From Leptogorgia sarmentosa (lineage: Eukaryota), in assembly GCA_964658305.1 (NCBI GenBank), contig OZ210885.1, positions 19,778,001 to 19,842,000 of the forward strand: a DNA stretch of 64,000 nucleotides. Reading direction: 5' to 3'. Each line of letters begins with the position of its first letter. Position 1 is the first letter of the stretch. The notes under the pieces were generated by a model. It searched no databases and was not told the origin of the DNA. It saw only the letters and a program-made list of their open reading frames with translations. Positions 12,721 through 22,677 of this stretch are shown here, piece by piece. A program made the translations under genes and the position numbers.

Positions 12721-13497
12721 GTAATGGGATTTCCGCTCCTTTTAGATATATTGTCCATATAGTAAAAAGCCATTGTGACCAACTCCGTTTAAAATGTACT
12801 GCTAAATATATTTGCGTACATATTATTATGATGCAAAATCATGGCTATAAATAGTTTAATATATGCAAAATGTAGGACTAAAAATAGTGAACAATGCACA
12901 TACCTATTAAAAGCAGTGCCAAGAAAATTAGAACATGAGTTTGGTATTAACGGCTTTTTCAGATTGTACAGTGGCTCTGGTGATATGAATTTTAATAGTA
13001 CAGTCTGAAAAGTTGTACTAAAGAGTGGTGTCAATCGTGTTTTAATTTAAAGAAATTTAAAATAACATCGCTCAAACGGTGACTGTGTGTTTTAATATAA
13101 TTTTCGCAAGATGACGAATTCGAAACCGTTTTTATTTTCTCACAATTTCGCATTACTCATGTAAGTGCATGGACATTTTTGTTTTCCTATACAGTTCAAC
13201 CCCTATACTGTGGTTCAACTTTGTCAAATGGTCAAATTGATCATAAGCCAGCTTTCTCAAACGACTATTAATAAACATTACAACCTGCACGTGCTACATA
13301 AATAACATCACAGTTCATAAATGGCAACATGACATAAACAATCGTAACAGCCAATCAAAGCAGTTTGTCGTCACGCGTATAATTGTTTACATTGCAATCA
13401 CCATCACCTGATTGCAATTTTCACACGTCATTAGCACATGTAGTCATTGTCTGCTGGAGGGGAATTTTGTACTGCGGTTTTATACAATAACAAGAAA

Positions 13498-14664
13498 ATG
13501 AAAAAACGTGAGAAATCTCAGAAACAGACGGGAAAACGTCAACAAGACAAGGAAACGGCTAGCTCGAAAGTTGCGGTTGTCGTTGGGGCAGATCAATCTA
13601 GCACAAATATTCCACAGCATGAAAGCGAGCCCTCTCGTTCTTTGGTGGGATATGTGCACAAGTTAAGTCTGCCAAAAAGAAATAGACAAGATACAATGAA
13701 CTATTCAACATTCGTATTTCAAAGCGAGAAGACTACTCGGAAGTGCCTGTGCTTTTCCTCAGCTAAACGACGTCTCTTGCATGAAAAAGAGTCCAATAGA
13801 GCAGCAGTAAAGCTTAGCGGCTATACCTTCACAGGTGCTGACAGCAAACTAGTGGTAAACGATGTGACTACGGTTTCCACAGCAAATCCAGCAGAATATT
13901 CATTCCAATACTCAGCCGAATTAGATGCTAAAAGTGATCAAGTGATTTCCTTGAAGTAGGTCTTAAGTGACGAGTCCGCAGATATGGATGTTGTAAATGT
14001 GTCCGTCAAAGTTGTTGCAGTCGAGCCGGCGCAGGTAGTTGGAAAAGACAAGTGGAAACTTGCCAATGCCCTTATCAGTGATCCTACAGAAACGATTGTG
14101 CTTGAACTGTGGGAAAATCATACGGAAGCCGTAGAGATTTCGAAGACTTACATCATGCGAAATGTCCGCGTTCGCCTTCGCAGTGGAGTGAAAAAGCTTG
14201 GAACAACCAAGGACACTATAATTGAAGAAACACGAAGCGAATTAGAGAAGGTCCACTATGAAACCGAGGATGGGAAAAGCAGAGCTGAGTCACTTACACA
14301 AAGTAAAACAATAATGGTCGACAGAATTGAATATGTGCAAAAATTCGAGACATTTAAGAAATGTGCCAACTGCAAAATGAAGATCATTCATGTATCTGCT
14401 AAACCTACTACATTCTGTGACAAATGTGAGGGAACTATGAGGAGTACCGATTGTGACGAGGGCTTCTGGGCAAAGATTGTGGTTAAACTCGATGGAAAAA
14501 ATCTTGCGCTTACAGTATACGAGGAAATTCTTAAACCGTTTCTGGAAGGAAACCAGCCAAATATTGACACGTTGACCCAACGTCTACTCCTGAACACTGG
14601 TAAATTCACAATAACTTATAACTCGGATACTAACATTGTTAGTGCGATGGCGTGTTGCTTGTAA
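13498..14664 (+). pseudogene. Helentron-borne RPA70-like ssDNA-binding protein (OB folds + C4 Zn finger), one premature stop
   Basis: ORFs 13447..13959 and 13984..14664 are in frame across a single TAG (13957-13959); VNVSVKVV...ALISDPTETIVLELWE OB-fold pattern; CANC-x13-CDKC finger; AATAAA at ~14998; lies inside the Helentron termini. Confidence 0.8.
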
Positions 14665-15901
14665 GATTGCGAGACATTTGCACTCAAGTACTGCAGGTTG
14701 TTGACATTATTTTTAATATACCTATAATTTAAAAGCGAAGACTTTGCTCGCTGGAGGTATTGCTATTTATGTTCATGCATGCATCAGCATGCGCGTGTTA
14801 TTAGTGCATCATTGTGTTATGTTACAGTATAGCTATGTTGTGTTGATATGGTATTTGCATACATAAAATTATACGTCGAGCAAGTTTTATTTTGTAATTT
14901 TTACTTTGATTTTTGAAAAGTTGGCATGTTTTAGTTCAAATTGCTTGTTTATATTACATAGTATGTATGAGTTTATAAGAACATAAACATTTGTATTAAA
15001 TAAAACTTTTATATTACAACGGTATTTACAGTGTTTTTACTTTACTTCGATTTTGAAGTGCTCCTAGTGTAACTCGCGGACTTCTTACACTGCATTGGAT
15101 CATGATAAACAGACATTAATTTATGCCCAAACACACCGAATACGACGCGCCAACGCGGCACGATTTTTCGAAATCTGTTTTGAAGCGAAACCAGACGACT
15201 CAAAATGTGCTATCGTTCAGTAATTTTAAAAAATATCATATTAGGATCAAATTTACTTGCTTTTGAAAACTGGAATAGGTTACTGTAATAGGCATTAGCC
15301 ATAGTGAAACAGCCCGGCACTTTACGAGAGATCTCCTTGTCGACATCGATTTATTAAGCGAAACTCGAGTCTGCAAAGCCTTGCGCGCCAACGTTTATCC
15401 CACAATATCGTTATAACTGTAGTACGACTATAAACGTGTTTTGTATTTCTAAATGTTCTATGTAAGACACGCTAAATGTACTATGTAAGACACACGCCCA
15501 TTGTCATCGCCATATTTTCACATTTAAAAATATTGTAAACTTTCACGCAGGAATAGCGCATGCGCATTTAGACCATTTCTCACGAAAAATCGAGCTGCAG
15601 GGGGGCAGTCGTTTAGAATGCATCGAAATACCCGTTTGAGAAATAAAAAATATCACAATAAAATCGATAGTTGCATGATTACATTTTGCTTAACATTTTA
15701 AAAAGCAACAGAATTACATGTAAAGAAGTCATAACTTGTGTAGTTAGTTAAAAAGTGAAACCAGAATTGTTTTTATATCGATCCGGTAAGGAAAAGCAGC
15801 AATCACAAACCCCCCCCCCGTAAAGTTTACACTATGATGTATGTATGACTCGTGTAAATTTCGCCCCTCATCACAATAGTGCAAAGTTAAACTTTGCACT
15901 A

Positions 15902-16113
15902 ATAAACTTAGTTCTGTTAATTAAGAACATTTGTAGTGAACATTCAGTACTATATATTGAACAGTATTTTTATTTAGATTATATATTATATAACTGTAAT
16001 TGACTAGTTTTGTGTTGTGTATGTAAATACTTTTAATCTATCTAGGGCTCCCATCTATAAGTAATTTTTATTACTGACTACCCTATTTAAATAAAGGTTT
16101 TATCTATCTATAT
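15902..16113 (+). mobile_element. LINE 3' UTR/tail, right half of Helentron target site
   Basis: Joining 3833 to 15902 restores ...IIYNKLSSVN*; ends AATAAAGGTTTTATCTATCTA, a microsatellite-type tail. Confidence 0.5.
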
Positions 16114-16229
16114 ATTTAAACCATTTGATACGGTTTCCTGATAGTTCCAATATGGATGTAGGTATGTTGGACATTCTCATCTTTTCCCCCACCATCCGTC
16201 TGAAATAATCTAAACACAGAACACTCAAA

Positions 16230-17731
16230 GTTGTGTTCAGGGTTTCTTCTTGAATCTGAGATACTCACATAGGACTAACATTAAGACTTAAGAGAACTTT
16301 GTGTACAGCCACATCCAGAAGGCCATCTGCACCGACAACACGACCAAAGAAGGGTATAGATTCAAATCTAATTTAGCATTTCTCCCTGTTGAACTTCAGG
16401 CCACTTTTATGGGCTAGCTGCATGACTGCATTCTCATCATGATCGCTATAGTCGTTATTGTAGCTATGATGTCACCAGTGATTCCAGTCAAACCACTGAA
16501 GGTTTTGTCGACCTTGGAAGATATTTTGTGCACATACCAACCCAACTGGCAAGCAAAGAAATCTATATCTTCCATAGGGTGAGTCAAAGGTTGTGTAGAG
16601 TGAGCTTTGCTGGTCCCATTTAATGTTCCAGAGAACATCGACCAGGGTTGGGATAAAGGGGTTTAATTGCATCCAAACACAGCCATTACTCTTTGTTACA
16701 CAAATCAATGAGTTCACCCAATCTGTGTGCTGTTTCACCTTGGCAATAATTCCATGTTCAGTCACGGAATCAAGTTCCTTCTTTAGCAGTTCTCTCAAGG
16801 CTTCTGAAAACCTCTGCTTGGTGGGTGTACCACAGGGAGTACTGATGGATCCAGGGTGATGTTGAACTCTCCCTGGAAACATCCAATTCCTTAAACAGTC
16901 GTCATAATGCTTGATAAGGCTCTCTTTTGTGAATGGATTACTTGAAGATGGTGGTTTTTGGCATTACATACTAGGGTTGGATGCAACTTCTTGTACGTAT
17001 CTACAGAAATTACATTAACTTTTGCACCGGTATCCACTTTGCACCATAAAGGTTTGGCACCTTGGGGTGAATTCACCTGTACTTGGACGAGTGCTTGAGT
17101 GTGTTGACTTGACATCTGATTAATCGATGGATGGCATCAATATGCTTGTGCTTATGTCTTGACTTATCTTGACCTTTAAGTCTGCTGTCTTTATTTCAGG
17201 GACTTCGAATAACACACTTTTTTTCCAATTATTCTGCTTTCCACATGCTTTGCAAGTTGTGCCATATGCAGGACATAAAGGTCTATCTGAAAAATCATGC
17301 TCAGTACCACAGTTCCAACAAATACAAACGTATGAATTCCAAGATTTTATAAATTGCCTTCCAGAATGTTTCAAAGCATCTATACAAGTTGAACTTATAA
17401 ATAATTTTCATTCGGCTATTAAGTAACTTCCTCAGTTCTGACAATTTCTAAGGCACGATCTAAGGATAACGTTTTATCATATTCCAAAAATTTTTACTGT
17501 GTATGTTTTCTCTTTTAGCGGACCATTGGAGTACAACTGACATTGGGCTCTAAAGTTCTTGAATGTTTGGGGGGGGGGGTGCATCAGGCAAATCTCAGTC
17601 AATGCTTGGTATTAGCAAACCAGGAAGATCTGCAAACTAATTTAGAACAGATTTAGCAACAATACACCGGCCTGGTGTGCTTTAACTTTGTCACTAAATC
17701 AAGACTAGTATTCCAAATGACCCTGACACCA
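16230..17731 (-). mobile_element. Decayed Ty3/Gypsy LTR retrotransposon (PBS, gag, protease, RT)
   Basis: ACA|TGGTGTCAG LTR/PBS junction at 17723-17734; double knuckle CWNCG...H...CPAYGTTCKACGK; KVDTGAKVNVIS protease; TDWVNSL and TTFDSPYGRYRFLCLPVG RT motifs; many frameshifts. Confidence 0.85.
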
Positions 17732-17819
17732 TGTTGTATGTTGGGTTCGATTTATAAATGGGGAAATGAGGCACAATTCACACAAAAAAAAGTACACAAA
17801 TATATATATATATATAATA

Positions 17820-18205
17820 ATAAATACAATTTTTCAATTGAATAAGTTGCAACTTTAAGTTTCATGCAACAAGCAATCATTAGGCAACATAATGTACGGT
17901 TAAGTTGTTACGTTTTACTATACTCACAATGTTTGTTGACGCGTGTTCGTTTGAATTGTCCCGTGTGGAATCTATGCGCATGCATGCATTTTGTGAAAAT
18001 TTCTGTACGCTTATTTAAATTAGTTCTAGAATTATAACTACGAAGTATTTGCAATTTCTCTTCTAAACATAAATTACATCTATTTCCACCGGCTTTGATT
18101 GAATTTGCTCTGGATGAGATGGACCACTTAATATTAAATTGTTTTCCATTTTGTTTTAATTTCCAAACATATTTAGAAAGTTCAGTTTCATTCTTGTATA
18201 ATGAA
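17820..18205 (-). mobile_element. Penelope-like element 3' fragment (GIY-YIG C-terminus + pLTR)
   Basis: Minus-strand translation KNETELSKYVWKLKQNGKQFNIKWSISSRANSIKAGGNRCNLCLEEK; hammerhead-like motif downstream. Confidence 0.8.
17845..17889 (-). ncRNA. Degenerate minimal type I hammerhead ribozyme
   Basis: GUUGC-CUAAUGA-UUGC(UUGUU)GCAU-GAAA-CU(UAA)AG-UU-GCAAC: helices I-III form; core is CUAAUGA rather than CUGAUGA. Confidence 0.7.
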
Positions 18206-18281
18206 ATCTAGAAACCACAAGAAATCATTCAATGATATTAAATACGAGAATGAAACTGAACTTTCTAAATATGTTTTTAAT

Positions 18282-18432
18282 AAGAAATTAAAAGGTGTGT
18301 CATTACGAATGACTTAAAGTATGAAGATTATAAGAAATGCCTGATGGAATATCGAATTGAGAAGCCTAAAAGAAATGTTATTCACAGAAGAAAGCATGAA
18401 TTGTACACAGAGGAGGTGAATAAAATAGCAAA
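18282..18432 (+). mobile_element. Polinton/Maverick protein-primed PolB C-terminal fragment
   Basis: KKLKGV.../ITNDLKYEDYKKCLMEY...NVIHRRKHELYTEEVNKIA resembles the pPolB KxKGV...HEDYKxCL...YTxxVNKxAL region. Confidence 0.65.
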
Positions 18433-18469
18433 ACTTGTATTAATAATTATTAAATATGGCTTCTTAGAA

Positions 18470-18592
18470 ATACAAGTGCTCCACCACCTTTCGCATCTCT
18501 AACCTTTCTAAAAATATTAAAATCTGGTATTTCACATTCACTGTCCAAGATTTCTTCACTAGCCCATGTTTCAGTTAGTGCTATTATATGGA
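18470..18592 (-). mobile_element. LINE AP-endonuclease fragment
   Basis: IHIIALTETWASEEILDSECEIPDFNIFRKVRDAKGGG. Confidence 0.7.
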
Positions 18593-18869
18593 TTTTTTAT
18601 TTTAAAAAGATTGGTGAATTACAGAATATGGTAAAGGATTACCATATTCTGTAATTCACAGATCTTTTGAACAAGGCTTTGGATGTGGTTGGTTTCTTTT
18701 AAAACTTTTCAAGCAAGAGGGGGCATACAGGCGTGAGAACACTGAATTGCCATCGATACGGTTGACTTTGTGTTAATGGCGGTCCCCATCTCTCACTTCA
18801 ATTTAACTTTAGCAGTAGATATATCCAAACTGATACTAATTTTCACAGGGTCAGCTAACATGTTTCAGA

Positions 18870-19500
18870 TTGAGTAGGAATGTATGGATAAGAAAGAGTG
18901 TTGTCTTATGTGAACATAGACGTTTGATATTGAAAGGCTGACATATCATAATTCTCTGCAATCAGAGGTATTACAGCAACTACATTATGCTCACCAGGGT
19001 GCCGAGAAGTGCAAGTTAAGAGGCAAAGGATTAGTCTTCTGGGTAAATATTAATCGAGATATTGAAGACATGGTCCATTGCTTAATCTGTCAAACACCAT
19101 CAGAATTTGAACACTAAGGAATCCCTGGTGTCAAATGAGGTCCCTCCACGAGCTTGGCATGCCTTGGGCTCAGATATCTTTCATTGGAACAATGCTGATT
19201 ATCAACTTGTCACAGACTGATTATCAACTTGTCACATTCCCTGTTGTTCACAAACTACCAAATCTCCAATCCTCAACTGTTGTTGCCCATCTCATTTTGA
19301 GGAACACGGTACTCCAAGCAAGATGATTTCTGACGATGACACACAGTGTACCTGATCTAACTTTAAACAATTTAGTTGTGCATATGATTTTACACACATT
19401 ACATCAAGTCCTTTGTATCCTCAGTTGAATGGTCTCAAAGAGAGGGCAGTACAGACGGTGAAACAATTGTTGCAGAAATGCAAGGGATTTAACCTTGATC
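18870..19500 (+). mobile_element. Gypsy integrase fragment (decayed)
   Basis: LHYAHQGAEKCKLRGKGLVFWVNINRDIEDMV (HHCC region); [26 protein letters not shown] (core). Confidence 0.8.
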
Positions 19501-19501
19501 C

Positions 19502-19610
19502 TGTGGCAATGATCTCTCACTTTTCTGTTACTGTCTACAAAATTATCTTTTCCACAGATATGACAAACTGTAGATGAGTTAAATGTTTCTATACCCTCTC
19601 CTGTAAGAAT
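19502..19610 (-). mobile_element. Polinton PolB N-terminal fragment
   Basis: [21 protein letters not shown] matches the CHIC...VRDHCH motif of Polinton PolB proteins. Confidence 0.65.
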
Positions 19611-19659
19611 GCTTTTTGATTCTTTTATCAAATCATGTACTTCTCTAGTTATTGGTGAG

Positions 19660-19780
19660 CAATTCTTTTTGACTGCCTGTGTACAACGCCGGTAGGACTT
19701 GGTGGTCTTCTGATACAAGAAGGAAAACTTGTTAGCTATGTAAGCCGTAGTCTTAGCAAAGTTGAAGCAAGATATTCCTG
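19660..19780 (+). mobile_element. Gypsy RNase H N-terminal fragment
   Basis: PVGLGGLLIQEGKLVSYVSRSLSKVEARYS. Confidence 0.7.
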
Positions 19781-20654
19781 ATTTAACGCAGGAGTCTCAA
19801 CAAGGAAGCATTCACACAATTTCTGTTCCAAGACGTTAGCAAGTGGTTCATGGATTCACATGCATCTGCTGTAAAACTTGCCTTTATTAAACACCATAAA
19901 CCTTTGCTGAGAATAAACTCAATTCCACTGTCATATATAAACGTACCAACTGCTCCATAGAATGGTCACTCAACATGGAAGTTACCCAGCCTTATCAACA
20001 CACTTGCAAATCATATGTTACCACCCCTTATTCCTGACTCGTTTCATTCCTAACATCATTGCTTGTGGCCGATCTGGATATACGATCCATATAATGTTGA
20101 TGTGGCAAAGAGTCATCGATGTATTTGCTCATAAAATCCCCAAGCAATGGAGTGTTGCAGTCCATCAGTTTCACAAACCAATGCAGATCCTTCAGACACT
20201 TCACCGAAGTTTTGAGATGTACTTGTGCATGCTGTACTAAATGTCGAATTAGCAGTACATGCGGCGACGAGAGCAGTGAATTTGGCTGAGTGGAGTGATT
20301 CCTTGAATGAAAACTAGCAATTGGATTTGAACTCCTGTGGTAATCATCGTGCAAACCATTCTTATATGTATGACCTACTAGTAGCGTGCAATGGTATCTT
20401 TTCCGCAAAGAGTTTCCACACTTGCATCATTGTTATCCCAAATACAGGTCGTTGATAAGTTTTGATCCAGGTGAATACCATCTGGTGTGTGCCGCTCCTC
20501 CACAGCGACTGAATAGGCGAATTCAGTTTCAAGACCTTTGGCCTCACTACAGTACTGACCACGGGAAAGTTAACAGTCCCGTGCGGGACGGGATTTATTA
20601 AAATTTAATCCCGCAGGAAAGATTTTTCTCTGATCTCTGATGATTCCATGTTTC

Positions 20655-20745
20655 TCTGTGGTGTCTTTGTTGGAAGACGTGATAGGGTATCGGCTAAATT
20701 CTGCACTCCTGGTCGATATATGACATCAAAATCGTACTCTTGTAG
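20655..20745 (-). mobile_element. Gypsy RNase H C-terminal fragment
   Basis: LQEYDFDVIYRPGVQNLADTLSRLP. Confidence 0.8.
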
Positions 20746-22223
20746 AGGTGTAAAAATGAACAACTTGTTCAAGGTTGATAACAGCATTGAACAACATTGT
20801 TCGGAACGAGCTGGAACAATGTTTTGCTGCCCACATTGAACAATGTTGTCAACAATACTGTTTAGTATTGATTCAGACATATTCAGAATATGTTTTCCTC
20901 TGGTTTGAAATCGCCTTCTGATTTTTTACCACGAACGTCAAAATATTTTAGAAGAAATCATCTTCTTGCTGGTTCCGAGCATAAAAAAAACTGGATTCTC
21001 GACCCGTTGTCGATGTACAGCGACATATTATCATCTGTAAACTTATCGGGGAAGGTAAGTTTCGATTATTTAATATTTGAACTATCTGTACAATCATTAC
21101 TACTTTAACAGTAAGTACTACATCCAGACACGTAGAGACACAGTGACAAGTGTCGCTCTTTTAGATCTGTTAAATGTACAGCAATCAATGCATTAAAACT
21201 TGTAATTGAGAATATCAATATTATTTAACTATTTAATGTCATATGTCAATGCAATATAGTGACTGGCCTTTCTTGACCTGAGTAAACTGACACAAATATA
21301 GTGTTTTAAAACTACTATACTTGTTTATAATATATGCAATATATATTATTACAGGCCTGTTGTTTTGGCCTCTGGGATATTTACAAGCACCTTTCTCCTG
21401 GTTGTAGGATAGTTACATTTCTAAATGCAGCATGTACAGCAGTTCTGCTATTCCTTTAATAAATATTAAATTTTGTGATGTTACTTTATCCTATACCCTA
21501 AGCAATCTACTTTTCTACAAAAATTACAGTGTATAGTTGGTTGTCAATATCCCCCAATTTACTATTTGTGATATCATGTAACTGATTTTATAGTACCTTA
21601 AATAAGTGCATATATAATGTCTGGAAGACTGGTCGATCAAAGATGAAATGGTTGAGTGTATATCATGCAATGTTGAAGTATTTCATCGATTCTCCAAGGT
21701 ATAACTTATTTAAAAGATAGTAATTATGATCTGTGCCATGAACATACGTGAAGCTATCTTTTGTCACTGTTTCCCTTTCAATCCGTATGGTGTTCTCAGC
21801 TTGTCCAAAGGAGCAATTTCCATTTTCACAGTCGTGAACAAGACATACTTTGTCGACAACATACACGTGTTGAGGAGATTATAAAGTCTTCCTGTGTTTT
21901 TTCCACCTTTGGGCATTGGAAACTCCACACTAATGGTTGCTCCTCTACATCCAAGCAAAACTTGACTTTTGTTATTTGTACCAAGCTGTCAGATGAATTA
22001 ACAACATTGATTCCTTGTTTGAAAATTCCAAGTTCATGCTAATTAAACAGAAGATAAACATTTGTTAGTTTTGTTTTTTATTGAACACAGTTCAATGTAA
22101 ATTTGGAAAATATGGATATGGCCAGGATTTAAAAAATTTAAATGAATACCTGGTGTTGTGAGTTCAAATATACAATGGGCCTTCCTGAATTTACCAATGT
22201 CTGGTTTTCACTGACAACAGCTT

Positions 22224-22462
22224 CAGTCGTTTCAGCAACTGTCAGTTCGCCAAGATCTCACGTCGATTTTTCTTACTCTCTCAAATTGTTTTTAGTGGCT
22301 AGGGTTGGAATGCTACGGTTAGAATGTTACCGTAGGGTTAGGGTCAGATTTATGGTTTGGGACTGGTTTATTTTGTGAAAATTATGTGCCAAATGAAAAC
22401 GAATCAACCCAACACATTGGCAAACTGACAGTTGGGGAAACGACTCTTTGGTGAAACGACTG
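22224..22462. mobile_element. Small MITE with internal TTAGGG-like motifs
   Basis: CAGTCGTTTC...GAAACGACTG inverted ends; absent from the paralogous segment at ~51890. Confidence 0.65.
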
Positions 22463-22677
22463 CAATCTTCCTGAAGTCCTGCAGATTGGATCGTTTCAAG
22501 TGGTAAACATTCGGTGAGGACTTGGCTGTCGTAACAGGCTTCTCATACTTTCCCTATAACAAAATGGAGAACGTCTTCTTTTTCTCTATTCATATATAAA
22601 CTAGTTACAACTATATTGTATAATGATATGTTATCAAAAATAATCTCGGTTCGAGCTCTTGAAGATAGAGTGAGTAA

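Larger units (their letters stand above)
10323..12782 (-). pseudogene. Helentron polyprotein N-terminal part: 25-aa repeats, 2A-like motif, OTU cysteine protease, basic repeats, Cys-rich finger, DUF6570-like domain
   Basis: GDIELNPGP; OTU motifs VGDGNCFFRSVS...W...DEMHYVS; YICTCC...WICGTC; LTPLEERLISPRIPFMQVRELPSGGQLSIHGNVVNVP. Confidence 0.88.
3834..15901 (-). mobile_element. Full-length Helentron/Helitron2 rolling-circle transposon
   Basis: 5' end (minus strand) TAGTGCAAAGTT-T-AACTTTGCACTA hairpin at 15877-15901; matching 13-bp asymmetric subTIR at 3850-3862 followed by TCCTTGGATCCCTAGT 3' end; inserted T^T with no TSD; Rep-Hel-EN ORF inside. The 5' boundary could be up to 15904. Confidence 0.9.

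Noticed and set aside
13957..13959. Programmed stop readthrough in the RPA-like gene
   Set aside because: No readthrough context seen; the element has other random lesions, so a nonsense mutation is simpler
19790..20600. Possible decayed coding block (ORFs 20028-20408, 20362-20562, with a YIDD string)
   Set aside because: No other RT motifs in register; could not assign a family
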